Shown piece by piece: positions 10,116-19,852 of a stretch of 24,000 bases of DNA. The translations under genes and the position numbers were made by a program. Numbering within the stretch: the first letter of the stretch is position 1; each line of letters begins with the position of its first letter. The notes under the pieces are model-generated. The model saw nothing but the letters and a program-made list of their open reading frames with translations, made no database searches and was not told the origin of the DNA. The stretch comes from Acaryochloris marina S15. GTDB lineage: Bacteria; Cyanobacteriota; Cyanobacteriia; Thermosynechococcales; Thermosynechococcaceae. The DNA lies in contig NZ_CP064923.1 of the NCBI RefSeq assembly GCF_018336915.1, forward strand, positions 4,503,871 through 4,527,870, read 5' to 3'.

Positions 10116-10472
10116 TTACCCACCTAAACCCGGCAAATTAAGATCGCCTGTCAAGTCTTCCATGCGTTCTCTCATCGTGTCGGTAGACTTATGGTACGCA
10201 TCTTTCATCGCTTCAGCAACCAGTTCAGATAATGCATCTAGGCCTTTATCCACGGCCTCTTGGGTAATTTCAGCACGAATAGGTTCTTGGTTACCGCTCA
10301 TGACAACCTTAACTAAGCCACCACCAGCTTGACCCTCGATCTCCATTTGTTCAAGATCTTCTTGTAATTGCTTTGCACCTTCTTGCACTTGTTGTGCTTT
10401 CTGGATAGCTGCAGCTAGTTCTTTCATTTTGCCGAGGCCGAAGCCAAAGCCTTGTCCTTGCTCTTTTGGCAT
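10116..10472 (-). CDS. ybaB: YbaB/EbfC family nucleoid-associated DNA-binding protein
   Basis: 118 aa: ...[61 protein letters not shown]...[16 protein letters not shown]. This is the typical YbaB pattern. Confidence 0.85.
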   Translation of the reverse strand: MPKEQGQGFGFGLGKMKELAAAIQKAQQVQEGAKQLQEDLEQMEIEGQAGGGLVKVVMSGNQEPIRAEITQEAVDKGLDALSELVAEAMKDAYHKSTDTMRERMEDLTGDLNLPGLGG

Positions 10473-10603
10473 AGTCTTTATGGTTTGTTAATGTGCTTGA
10501 ATCTTTGCTTTGCTCTAGATGAGCTCTTTTAAGGAACTTCAAATTGAACTGTTTACTATGATACTGAGAGTCTACCCCAAGAGGCGTAAAGGGAATCTAC
10601 TTT

Positions 10604-11530
10604 CTAGGTGATTTGTGGGAATTCACCCAACATTTTCACTTCTGGCTTGAGAAGCAACGACCAATTTTCCTCAACTTTTTGCTGAACATAATGAATCAGA
10701 TTGAAGATGTCAGTTGCCGTAGCGTTATCAGAGTTAAGGATGAAGTTAGCGTGCTTCTGAGCAACTTGCGCCCCTCCGAGTGAATATCCTTTCAATCCTG
10801 ATTGTTCAATTAACCAACCTGCCGTCCGAGGAAGAGGATTGCGAAACACACTGCCACAGCTTGGCCAATCATAGGGTTGTGTACTGAGACGATGATCCAA
10901 GTGCGATTGAGTCGTTGCCTTGACCTGGTCAGTAGATTGATTAGCACTGAGTTGAAACACCCCCTGTAAAACGGGTTTGGGAGATTGCTGCAAGATAGAG
11001 GACCGATATTGAAATGCCATGTGTTCAGGTTTCAATACCTGAATAGTCCCATTTCTCTCTAGGACATGAACCTCAGCTAAAACATCCGCAGTACATCCAC
11101 CATGCGCACCAGCATTCATGACCAATGCTCCGCCCACAGTTCCAGGAATACCGACGGCCCATTCCAATCCAGACCAACCTCGTTTAGCAGCCTGCCAAGC
11201 CAGTTTAGGTAACGATTCCCCAGCATAGGCTGTGACTTGACAAGTATCAGGCTCGAACGTCCTTTGCCGCAAATATCGCGTTGAGATGACTAAGCCAGGT
11301 AAGCCCTGATCACTAATCAGTAAGTTTGACCCTGCGCCCAAAAAGGTAATGGGCAGATTTTGCTCATTAGCCCATGCATAACTACCTTGTAGTTCTTCCA
11401 GATTATGGGGAGCAATAAACCATTCTGCGGCGCCCCCCACACGGAATGTCGTCATATCTGCCAAACTCACATGAGGCTGAATCTCGCAGGTTCCATTGTC
11501 AATAAAGATGGAGGGTGAAGACTGAGTCAT
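10604..11530 (-). CDS. murB: UDP-N-acetylenolpyruvoylglucosamine reductase
   Basis: 308 aa: TTFRVGGAAEWFI...FLGAGSNLLISD...GIPGTVGGALVMNAGAHG...GSVFRNP. Its ATG overlaps the murC stop in an ATGA arrangement (11527-11530), suggesting translational coupling. Confidence 0.93.
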   Translation of the reverse strand: MTQSSPSIFIDNGTCEIQPHVSLADMTTFRVGGAAEWFIAPHNLEELQGSYAWANEQNLPITFLGAGSNLLISDQGLPGLVISTRYLRQRTFEPDTCQVTAYAGESLPKLAWQAAKRGWSGLEWAVGIPGTVGGALVMNAGAHGGCTADVLAEVHVLERNGTIQVLKPEHMAFQYRSSILQQSPKPVLQGVFQLSANQSTDQVKATTQSHLDHRLSTQPYDWPSCGSVFRNPLPRTAGWLIEQSGLKGYSLGGAQVAQKHANFILNSDNATATDIFNLIHYVQQKVEENWSLLLKPEVKMLGEFPQIT

Positions 11531-12990
11531 TGCAAAACAACCTCAGGAGAAGGTTTTGAAGAAACCTGATAATGGGCAAGTAAGTCTGGAATGATACGGT
11601 TCAAATCTCCTGCTCCCAAGAATAGAACTACATCACCCGATTGCAAATGTCCCTGTAAAAAATCGATAACATTGGCCAGGGTTGGTTGATAAGTTACGGC
11701 AGAATGGTTAGAGGTAATTGCATTTGCCAACTTTTGACCATCAATAGTGCCAGGATTTGCTTCTCCAGCGCTATAAATATCAGTCACAACGACTAAATCT
11801 GCATCTTGAAACGATTGGCTAAACTCTTGAAAGAAGGTAATTGCACGGCTATAGCGGTGGGGCTGAAAGACAGCTACAACTCTTGATTGAGAATAGGTTG
11901 CAGCCGCAGCTTGGGCTTGAAGCTTCGCGGATGCCAAGGTCACTTGAATTTCACTCGGATGATGCGCATAATCATCTATCAAACAAATCCCTTGCGCTTC
12001 TCCATAAATTTCGAAACGGCGTTTAGCCCCCGAGAAAGTCTGCAATGCTTCCGCAATGGTGGGGAATTCTAGGCCTACATAACGGCCAATCGCAACGGCT
12101 GCCAGGGCATTACTGAGGTTATGTTCCCCCAGCAAAGGCAGTTCTAATGACCCTAAGCTCTCCTCACGTTCTAGGATATCTACGATTGTTCCTTGGCCTG
12201 AATATTCAATATTTTGCACCGTATAATCTGCCGATATTTCAGCATTCAGACTGTAAGTAATCATAGGCTGATCGGGGGCTGATGTAGAAAAACGATCAGC
12301 GATAGTGGGGCAATCAATCGAAACGATCAGGGTATGGCAATGGTCTACAAACTGTTCAAAGATGCCAACCACTTGATCTAGAGAGGTGTAGTGATCAGGG
12401 TGATCAAGTTCAATATTGGTAATGACACCAATATGAGGGAAGAACTTAACGAGGGACCCATCCGATTCATCGGCCTCAGCGACTAAATAGGGGCTATCGC
12501 CAGTGCGGGCATTCCCACCCCATGCAGCGACCTCTCCACCCACAATAATGGTGGGATCTAAACTCGCTTTCAACAATAAATAGCCTACCAAGCTACTGGT
12601 TGTTGTTTTACCATGAGTTCCAGCAATTGCAATGCTTTGAGAGAACTCTTGCATTAGCGCTGCCAGCACATCAGAGCGATGAAAGATAGGACATCCTGCC
12701 TGCACAGCAGCCTGGTATTCAGGATTATCCTCGTGAATGGCCGTTGAGCAAATCACTTGAGGGGGGGCAGAAGAATCTTGGCAAAGCTGCTTGATGTTAG
12801 TAGCTTCTTGACGAGAAAAGATTCGAGCGCCCTGGGACTCTAACTTTTGAGTGATATGGTTAGCTCGAACATCTGAACCCGATATAGGCAATTGTCGTTT
12901 GAGGAGGATATGGGCTAGTGCAGACATGCCGATACCACCAATACCAATGAAGTGAATGGGACGGCCACCTAAATCGACTGCACTTTGCAT
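11527..12990 (-). CDS. murC: UDP-N-acetylmuramate--L-alanine ligase
   Basis: ORF 11527..13020. The longest form starts at GTG 13020. The ATG at 12990 (MQSAVDLGGRPIHFIGIGGIGMSALA...) has AAGGAG about 11 nt upstream, so I prefer it. Mur ligase motifs are present (GTHGKTTTSS, DDYAHHP). Confidence 0.93.
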   Translation of the reverse strand: MQSAVDLGGRPIHFIGIGGIGMSALAHILLKRQLPISGSDVRANHITQKLESQGARIFSRQEATNIKQLCQDSSAPPQVICSTAIHEDNPEYQAAVQAGCPIFHRSDVLAALMQEFSQSIAIAGTHGKTTTSSLVGYLLLKASLDPTIIVGGEVAAWGGNARTGDSPYLVAEADESDGSLVKFFPHIGVITNIELDHPDHYTSLDQVVGIFEQFVDHCHTLIVSIDCPTIADRFSTSAPDQPMITYSLNAEISADYTVQNIEYSGQGTIVDILEREESLGSLELPLLGEHNLSNALAAVAIGRYVGLEFPTIAEALQTFSGAKRRFEIYGEAQGICLIDDYAHHPSEIQVTLASAKLQAQAAAATYSQSRVVAVFQPHRYSRAITFFQEFSQSFQDADLVVVTDIYSAGEANPGTIDGQKLANAITSNHSAVTYQPTLANVIDFLQGHLQSGDVVLFLGAGDLNRIIPDLLAHYQVSSKPSPEVVLQ

Positions 12991-13426
12991 TACTGTATTT
13001 CGCTCCTTCTCGGCCCACACCTAGTTACACGCGACATCATAGCAGGAACTCTAAAAAATTCGAGTCCTTTCCTTGCTTCCAGCAAATCTCTTCTGGATTT
13101 ATATCAATCTTGATGCTGCTGACATTGCCAGCATTTTTTACTCTCTATCCTGCAGGTAAAAAGCTAAAGCTTATAGATGCACAAGCATCCTGAGTCCTAT
13201 AGAGTTTTAACTACCACTTTGTTTGCTAGCTGATTGTATTTACAAGAACGACTTATAATTTTCTTCTGTAAAATTTTTAATACCTTCCCACCTATGGTGT
13301 CAATCTGGTTATGGTTGGAAGTCTCGCCAACACCCCGAACAACCCGAATATGTAATTATCTGTAATGGTTGGCATGATACTGTTTGCGATCGCATTTCCA
13401 AGACATCCATTTGAGTGACGTTACCC

Positions 13427-14179
13427 ATGAGCGAACCACGGTTAGCCTCGATCAAAATTGTTTTAGTCGAGCCGGCTGGCCCCCTCAATGTGGGGAGCAT
13501 CGCCCGAGTGATGAAAAACATGGGGTTAGGACAGTTAGTGCTCGTCAATCCCCACTGTGATCCCTTAGGTCCAGAAGCCCAACAGATGGCAGTTCATGCC
13601 GCTGACGTCTTATCCCAGGCAACAACAGTTCAGACTTTAGCCGAAGCACTCGTAGGATGTCAGCGAGTGGTGGCCACCACCGCCCGACAACGGCGATTAC
13701 AGGTGATGACTCAGGCACCGAAACAGATCTTGCCCTGGATACTAGAAGATGAAGCCGCATTGATCTTTGGCCCGGAAGATCGAGGACTGAGTAATGAAGA
13801 ACTTTATCATGCCCAAGCTTTCCTCCAAATCCCTACGAGTTCTGACTATGCAGCCTTAAATCTAGCCCAGGCCGTCACGATTTGCTGTTACGAGTTGCGT
13901 CAATGCCTATTCACAGACCTTGACAACCTGCCCACTGGACCTAGAATTGCAGAGTCTAATCATCCTCAGACAGAATTGGCCCCCTTCCAACAAATGGAAG
14001 CGTTCTATCAAGCCCTAGAGCTCGCCTTATTGGACATCGGCTATCTCCATCCCCATACAGCAACCGTTAGGATGCAAAAACTACGGCAGCTCTTTAATCG
14101 CAGCCAGCTATCAACCCAGGAATTAGCTATGTTAAGGGGGATGATTCGTCAGGTACACTGGAAAATTCAGGCAAATTGA
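13427..14179 (+). CDS. SpoU/TrmH-family RNA 2'-O-methyltransferase, TrmJ-like
   Basis: ORF 13415..14179 (GTG at 13415, ATG at 13427). The sequence reads IKIVLVEPAGPLNVGSIARVMKNMGL..LVLVNP, ALIFGPEDRGLSNEEL, IPTSSDYAALNLAQAVTICCYEL. This is the SpoU methylase knot region with a TrmJ-type C-terminal extension. Confidence 0.8.
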   Translation: MSEPRLASIKIVLVEPAGPLNVGSIARVMKNMGLGQLVLVNPHCDPLGPEAQQMAVHAADVLSQATTVQTLAEALVGCQRVVATTARQRRLQVMTQAPKQILPWILEDEAALIFGPEDRGLSNEELYHAQAFLQIPTSSDYAALNLAQAVTICCYELRQCLFTDLDNLPTGPRIAESNHPQTELAPFQQMEAFYQALELALLDIGYLHPHTATVRMQKLRQLFNRSQLSTQELAMLRGMIRQVHWKIQAN

Positions 14180-14310
14180 TTAAAATACCCATAATCTTTT
14201 GCTGTAGGTAATGCTTCAAAGATTGAATAAAGCTTTGGAAATTGCCGATCCAGATTGAAGAGGATTAAAGTCCTCTGAAACATTGCGCTCCATCACGTCT
14301 ATAGCCCAAT

Positions 14311-15714
14311 TTGTTGATTCAGGAGAGGGTGGTGCTTCAACACTCCAGGCAATCTTTGACTTCACGACAGCAGCGCCAGTTATGGCAGCAGCGCCGGAGG
14401 ATGCATCAAACGCGCCGAGCAATGCGCAAACAGCTTGTGCAGCAAACTCAGCATCGCGCCCCTTCTAAGCATCTCCGAGCCCCCTCTCCTTCCCCTCAGC
14501 CCCAAAGATCCCAAGGCATTTCCCGAAAACCGGCTCCAAGGAATTCGTCTGCCTCAAAATCATCTATTCGACCAACCCGGCCCCGAACTAAAACTCATTC
14601 CAGCTCTTGGGGATGGTTTGTATATCTCACTCGTTTAGCAATTGTTGGCTCTGGGGTCGCTGCGATTGCAGGTACCGCCTTGACCGTCTTTGATCCCACA
14701 CCCCACTCATCATCTTCTGGGTCCCCCTCTATATCCTCTGCCCTAGCCCCCATTCCCCTGAAGTCTGTAAGCACAATAAATTCTGAGCCAGCGATTGAAC
14801 CGAAAAACTTTGATACCCAGCCGGATGGTCCACAGTCTTTGTTTTATCGATGGTCCCAAGAGCCCCGGATGAAACGCTTGGTTCGAGAAGGGCAAGAGCT
14901 ATCAACGATCAAGGGACAAATCCAGCAGTGGTCTGCAGCTCAATCGGAGCTTAAGCCCGCTATGTTTTTCCTGAATCCCAGCACTGGCGAATATCTAGAT
15001 ATCAACGGGGCAAAAAGCATATCCGCCGCTAGTACTATCAAAATCCCTGTCTTGCTCGCTTTTTTTGAGGAAGTTGATGCTGGCACTATTGACCTAGATG
15101 AGCCCTTAGTGATGCGTCAGGATCTGGTGGCATCTGAAGCCGGCTCCATGCAATATGAACCTGTGGGAACGACGTTTTCAGCTCTAGAAACAGCGGAGTA
15201 CATGATTGCGATCAGCGATAACACCGCGACCAATATGCTGATTGATCGCCTAGGGGGTGCCCAAAAACTCAATCAGCGGTTTAAATCCTGGGGTCTTAAG
15301 CACACTGCCATCCGTAATCCTTTACCAGACTTAGAGGGGACTAATACCATCAGCCCTCAAGATATGGCAGCCTTAATGCTAAAGCTCAAAGATGACGATC
15401 TACTCTTGTCTGCCAGTCGCGAGCAAGCATTAGATATTTTGCGCCAGACGGTGACCAACACCCTACTTCCACAGGGGATAGATAAGGATGCCAATATTGC
15501 CCATAAAACTGGAGATATTGGCTCTGTTGTTGGGGATATAGGCCTCATCGACATGCCTAATGGCCAGCACTATGTTGCCGCCATTTTAGTTCAGAGACCC
15601 CACAATGATCCCCGTGCCCAGGAACTGATTCGTAAGATCTCTAAACTCACTTACAGAACATTTCGAAAACAGGATCCATCCATTGCCACTCCTGCCACAA
15701 CATCAGACAATTAG
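14311..15714 (+). CDS. Membrane-anchored class A beta-lactamase-fold serine hydrolase with a basic disordered N-terminus
   Basis: 467-aa ORF. Motifs present: S-T-I-K (15031-15042), S-D-N (15214-15222) and K-T-G (15505-15513). One predicted TM segment (WGWFVYLTRLAIVGSGVAAIAGTALTVF) follows about 100 aa rich in R/K/Q/S/P. The start is uncertain: TTG 14311, GTG 14329 or 14332 after AGGAG at 14321-14325, or ATG 14401. Confidence 0.75.
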   Translation: MLIQERVVLQHSRQSLTSRQQRQLWQQRRRMHQTRRAMRKQLVQQTQHRAPSKHLRAPSPSPQPQRSQGISRKPAPRNSSASKSSIRPTRPRTKTHSSSWGWFVYLTRLAIVGSGVAAIAGTALTVFDPTPHSSSSGSPSISSALAPIPLKSVSTINSEPAIEPKNFDTQPDGPQSLFYRWSQEPRMKRLVREGQELSTIKGQIQQWSAAQSELKPAMFFLNPSTGEYLDINGAKSISAASTIKIPVLLAFFEEVDAGTIDLDEPLVMRQDLVASEAGSMQYEPVGTTFSALETAEYMIAISDNTATNMLIDRLGGAQKLNQRFKSWGLKHTAIRNPLPDLEGTNTISPQDMAALMLKLKDDDLLLSASREQALDILRQTVTNTLLPQGIDKDANIAHKTGDIGSVVGDIGLIDMPNGQHYVAAILVQRPHNDPRAQELIRKISKLTYRTFRKQDPSIATPATTSDN

Positions 15715-15750
15715 CAGATATAGGTTGGGACTATAGGGTTTAAGACATCC

Positions 15751-16128
15751 ATGAGATCATGGCCATCTATCACTCCCATGAGCATCGATCGGAGCCTTCT
15801 TCACGAATACTCCGACGGCGATCGAGATTTCGAGCAAGAGCTCTTGCATTTGTTTGTGGATGATACTCAGCAACATTTAGCCAGCTTAAAAGCTGCTATC
15901 TCAACTCAGAACTTCGATATTGCCAAACGAGAAGCCCATCACATCAAAGGGGCCAGTGCTCATGTGGGTGCCGTAGCTATGTTTGCGATCGCAGCCGAAG
16001 TTGAAGCCCTAATCAAGCAACAAACCACACCTCCGAGCCTCCCTTTACTCAGCCAGTTGGAAACAGCCTACCAAGACGTCATTGCCGTGACTGAGCAATG
16101 GGCTCATGAATCCACAACACTCAGTTAA
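15751..16128 (+). CDS. Stand-alone histidine phosphotransfer (Hpt) domain protein
   Basis: 125 aa. Hpt signature [16 protein letters not shown], with the putative phospho-accepting His codon at 15937-15939. The leader [23 protein letters not shown] is typical of Hpt helix 1. An alternative ATG lies at 15778. Confidence 0.75.
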   Translation: MRSWPSITPMSIDRSLLHEYSDGDRDFEQELLHLFVDDTQQHLASLKAAISTQNFDIAKREAHHIKGASAHVGAVAMFAIAAEVEALIKQQTTPPSLPLLSQLETAYQDVIAVTEQWAHESTTLS

Positions 16129-16244
16129 GCTGTAGATTAGCTTGCCCATTCAGCGTCGCTCAAACCTCATTCGTCTTTAGACGTGGGCCAGAGCACTGGC
16201 AAAACAGCTATTTTCCCAACATTTTTCTCCCAGGCATTACTTTT

Positions 16245-17297
16245 ATGCGCTTCATCGACCAAACCGAAATATTCGTCAAAGCCGGAGACGGGGGAGACGG
16301 AATGGTGGCCTTCCGACGCGAGAAATACGTTCCTGCGGGCGGTCCTGCAGGAGGAAATGGGGGTCGAGGTGGCTCAGTGGTGCTCCAGGCTTCAACTAAT
16401 CTCCAAACGCTGCTTGATTTCAAATACAAACACCAATTTATTGCTGACGATGGCAAACGGGGCGGCCCCAAGAATTTAACCGGTGCATCGGGACAAGACC
16501 GCTTGATTGAAGTTCCCTGCGGAACGGTCATTTATGATGCAGACTCCATGACTCTGTTAGGAGATTTAACCACGAATGGACAAACCCTAACGGTTGCCCA
16601 GGGAGGCAAAGGGGGATTGGGAAACAAACATTTTCTGAGCAATCGTAATCGAGCACCAGAACATGCCCTGCCAGGACTACCTGGGGAGGAACTTCGACTT
16701 CAGCTAGAGTTGAAGCTCCTGGCAGAAGTTGGCATTATTGGGTTACCCAATGCTGGCAAATCAACCCTTATTTCCGTACTATCAGCAGCTCGCCCAAAAA
16801 TTGCCGACTATCCTTTCACCACATTAGTCCCCAACCTGGGGGTCGTCCCTCGGTCAACGGGGGATGGTACCGTCTTCGCTGATATCCCTGGGCTAATCGA
16901 AGGTGCCCATGAGGGGGTTGGTTTAGGCCATGATTTCCTTCGACATGTTGAGCGAACCCGGCTACTAGTCCATCTGGTTGATGCCACCGCTGAAAATCCA
17001 GAGCAAGACTACCAGACCATTCAGAAAGAATTGTCTGCCTACGGTCAAGGCTTACACAAGCGACCCCAGTTATTGGCATTGAACAAAATAGATGCCATGG
17101 ACTCAGCGCTACTGCTGCAAAAGCAAGCCAGCCTAGAGCAAATGAGCGGTAGCCCAGTGTATTTAATCTCTGCCGTGGCCCAACAGGGTCTAGACACTTT
17201 ACTTCAACAAGTCTGGGAGGAATTAGATCATCTACCCGACGAACCTCAAGATTCTCCACTCCCCATTCTGGACTCGCCCATCTTAAGAGAAACGTAA
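16245..17297 (+). CDS. obg: GTPase Obg/CgtA
   Basis: 350 aa: [45 protein letters not shown] (glycine-rich Obg fold), [32 protein letters not shown]. Confidence 0.95.
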   Translation: MRFIDQTEIFVKAGDGGDGMVAFRREKYVPAGGPAGGNGGRGGSVVLQASTNLQTLLDFKYKHQFIADDGKRGGPKNLTGASGQDRLIEVPCGTVIYDADSMTLLGDLTTNGQTLTVAQGGKGGLGNKHFLSNRNRAPEHALPGLPGEELRLQLELKLLAEVGIIGLPNAGKSTLISVLSAARPKIADYPFTTLVPNLGVVPRSTGDGTVFADIPGLIEGAHEGVGLGHDFLRHVERTRLLVHLVDATAENPEQDYQTIQKELSAYGQGLHKRPQLLALNKIDAMDSALLLQKQASLEQMSGSPVYLISAVAQQGLDTLLQQVWEELDHLPDEPQDSPLPILDSPILRET

Positions 17298-17445
17298 ATT
17301 TCAGCGGCAGGAAGTTGAATTATCATTCAATTTGGGAAAGATTAAGTAATAATACGGTATACATTAGCAGTGCTCGACAACTTAAACTACGGTTACAAGA
17401 TTTCTGAGCACCGCTAAGCATAAAGACACGGGCGGCTTCTAGAGT

Positions 17446-18093
17446 ATGCAAGACGTTATCACAGCTGATCAAAATCAACTGCTACTCATTGATGATGATC
17501 CAAATCTGATTCTATTAGTGAAGGATTACTTGGAATTGCGTGGATATGAGGTGACAACGGCCAAGAATGGTCGGGAAGCCCTGCGCGTTCTGGAGAAAAG
17601 TATCCCCAATCTAATCATCTGTGATGTGATGATGCCAGAGATGGATGGCTATGCGTTTGTCAAACGCGTTCGAGATAATCCTCAGACTAGCTATCTCCCC
17701 GTTCTCTTTTTGTCAGCCAAGGGGCAAATTCAAGATCGGGTCACCGGACTTAACACCGGGGCTGATGTTTATATGATTAAGCCCTTTGAACCGGATGAAT
17801 TAGTGGCACAAATCGAAGCATCTCTGAAGCAAGCGTCTCGGATGATGCAGAAACAATCTAACTCCCTAGAAGGAGAGCTATCGGTTCAAGTCCCCTTTGA
17901 TGTCGATTTGACTCCCACAGAGACTAAAGTTATTCAGCTCGTTGCCAAAGGCATGTCAAACCGAGAGATTGCAGATGACCTCAGCGTCAGCCAACGTACG
18001 GTCGAAAGCCACGTCAGCAACATGCTCGGGAAGACTGGCTTAAACAACCGCACAGAACTTGCCCGCTGGGCCATTGAACAACGAATGGTCTAG
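17446..18093 (+). CDS. Response regulator, NarL/LuxR-type HTH output (possibly Rre1/Ycf29-like)
   Basis: 215 aa. Receiver domain (LLLIDDDPN..., IICDVMMPEMDG with the acceptor Asp, LSAKG, KPF). C-terminal LuxR HTH (LTPTETKVIQLVAKGMSNREIADDLSVSQRTVESHVSNMLGKTGLNNRTELARWA). The Ycf29 resemblance is from memory only. Confidence 0.9.
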   Translation: MQDVITADQNQLLLIDDDPNLILLVKDYLELRGYEVTTAKNGREALRVLEKSIPNLIICDVMMPEMDGYAFVKRVRDNPQTSYLPVLFLSAKGQIQDRVTGLNTGADVYMIKPFEPDELVAQIEASLKQASRMMQKQSNSLEGELSVQVPFDVDLTPTETKVIQLVAKGMSNREIADDLSVSQRTVESHVSNMLGKTGLNNRTELARWAIEQRMV

Positions 18094-18362
18094 GTACGAG
18101 ACCGCTCTAGCCAAAACAGCCATAGCATCAAGGACAACACGCCAACCTGTAGGGCGAAGTTCGGAAGCGTAGTGGTGATATCTTCTCCCGCCAGTAATTG
18201 GAAGAAAAATACCACTGCCCCTATAAACGCAGAGCCAGCAAAAGCAATATAAAAAAACCGTCTCAACCCACGATAGGGAGACTTTAACTCGGCACGCAGT
18301 CGCTTTTGCTGCTCCGGGCTTAATGAAGACCGGGAAGAGTTAGGCGTTGGGGGTTGGGACAT
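18090..18362 (-). CDS. Small two-TM membrane protein (DUF3493-like)
   Basis: ORF 18090..18371 (TTG at 18371, ATG at 18362 giving MSQPPTPNSS...). A basic segment, EQQKRLRAELKSPYRGLRRFFY, is followed by two hydrophobic stretches. The family name is recalled rather than searched. It is co-directional with ccs1. Confidence 0.6.
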   Translation of the reverse strand: MSQPPTPNSSRSSLSPEQQKRLRAELKSPYRGLRRFFYIAFAGSAFIGAVVFFFQLLAGEDITTTLPNFALQVGVLSLMLWLFWLERSRT

Positions 18363-18445
18363 GAATTGCAATCAGTCATTGTCGTAAAGATTTTCTCGAA
18401 AACGCACTTACGGCTCCCCAAGGTAGACCGCATTCTCTAGACTAA

Positions 18446-19816
18446 TTAGGCCACTTCTTGGGGTTGGGGAGTCGTCGGTGGGGACAAAGCTGCATCGGGT
18501 GTAGAGCTCTCAATCATTTCCACCAATTCTCGCTCAAAGGTCAACAAAGCTCGGTTCGTGCGTCCACCCACATAAAGTTGATCCTCAACTGTTAGCAGCC
18601 AGATTTGCGAATGAGACACATAACTCATGATCACACCAATCATCAGTAATCCGAATCCGGAATAGATCCAGGGGATGCCAGGGTCAGACTTAATTTGTAA
18701 CCCTGTACTACCCACCAGTTCAACTAACTTTAGGCTAATGTCATTCACATCTGTAGACATGCCCGTTCTTACGGTTGAAACAAGCTTGCCGGACTCATCG
18801 TAGACCACGACCGTGCCCTGCAAATCCGTTGTAAGTAGGGTTACCCCTGCACTGAGATCCGGTTTTGTAGGCACCCACGTCCCCCATATTCTGCCACCGG
18901 CGGCCTCTAGGGGTGCCATGGGTAGCTGCAAAACAGGGCTGTTGTTGAGCTGCACCCGCACTCCAGCAATGGACCAATCTGCTTGATATAGAGTCACTCC
19001 CTTATGCTTAAAGGGCTGATTCACGTGAATCGTTTGTCGATCCAATTCGTTCTTATCTTCATCAACAATCGATAAGTCTGAGTAAAATTGGTCGATTTGG
19101 CCTTCGGGCGTGTAGTCAATCCAGAAACGATTCACCTGTACGGCCCAATCGTCAGGAATTTGAGCCCCAGACCATGGGCCCGATTTCACAATATTGCTGA
19201 CCTTGGCCGTGGTGCCACTGGGAATCATTTCTTGCGCCATAAATCCTGTCAGTGAGCCCCAAATGGACCCCAACAAAATCAAGATCATGCTGGCATGGAC
19301 GATGATCGGACCAATGCGCCCAGGCATGCCTTTACGAGCATAAATGCTCTGATCTTCTTCAAAAATTTTGTAGCGATTCTTTGCCAACGCCTCAAGTAAA
19401 AAAGGCTTTTGGCCGGGATCGAGCGTTGTACTCAAGGCCAGTTTGTCAAACTGACGGGGTTTCTTATAGAATTTCCAGCTGCGGGCCGCCTTAAGGGCGG
19501 GAAGCTGACGCATAAACGTACAGGCCGTCAAGCTAGTGCCAAACAGGATTAGCAACGATAAAAACCACCAGGTCGCATACACATGATCTAAGCCGACCGT
19601 CACCAATACTTTCCAAGTTAAGAACCCAAACAATGCTGGCTCTTCAGGATAGTTAGCCTGATAAAACTCCAGGGATTGGCCTTGCTCAATGACAGTACCG
19701 GAAATGCTGAAGAGTGCGATCGCAAGGAGCAATACAATTGCCAACCGCAAATCCGCTAGGACAGGTACTAAGTTTTTTTTGATAAAGGCTTGAGGTTGGC
19801 CAAGATTAGAGGTCAT
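18446..19816 (-). CDS. ccs1: Cytochrome c biogenesis protein Ccs1/CcsB (ResB family, System II)
   Basis: 456 aa. N-terminal [39 protein letters not shown]... is followed by TM helices, a large soluble loop and a C-terminal TM. This is the characteristic Ccs1/ResB layout. Confidence 0.9.
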   Translation of the reverse strand: MTSNLGQPQAFIKKNLVPVLADLRLAIVLLLAIALFSISGTVIEQGQSLEFYQANYPEEPALFGFLTWKVLVTVGLDHVYATWWFLSLLILFGTSLTACTFMRQLPALKAARSWKFYKKPRQFDKLALSTTLDPGQKPFLLEALAKNRYKIFEEDQSIYARKGMPGRIGPIIVHASMILILLGSIWGSLTGFMAQEMIPSGTTAKVSNIVKSGPWSGAQIPDDWAVQVNRFWIDYTPEGQIDQFYSDLSIVDEDKNELDRQTIHVNQPFKHKGVTLYQADWSIAGVRVQLNNSPVLQLPMAPLEAAGGRIWGTWVPTKPDLSAGVTLLTTDLQGTVVVYDESGKLVSTVRTGMSTDVNDISLKLVELVGSTGLQIKSDPGIPWIYSGFGLLMIGVIMSYVSHSQIWLLTVEDQLYVGGRTNRALLTFERELVEMIESSTPDAALSPPTTPQPQEVA

Positions 19817-19852
19817 GGAATAGGATCAAAAAGATGGGACTCGACAACAAAA

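Noticed and set aside
13309-13548. 79-aa minus-strand ORF spanning the start of the TrmJ-like gene.
   Set aside because: It overlaps the well-supported plus-strand methyltransferase N-terminus and runs into an AT-rich promoter region. There is no motif or ribosome-binding site.
16183-17259. ORFs 16183..16479 +, 16208..16531 - and 16816..17259 - (up to 147 aa) overlapping obg.
   Set aside because: These are off-frame or antisense shadows of the glycine-rich, GC-biased Obg coding sequence. The translations are P/G/R-rich with no recognisable domain.
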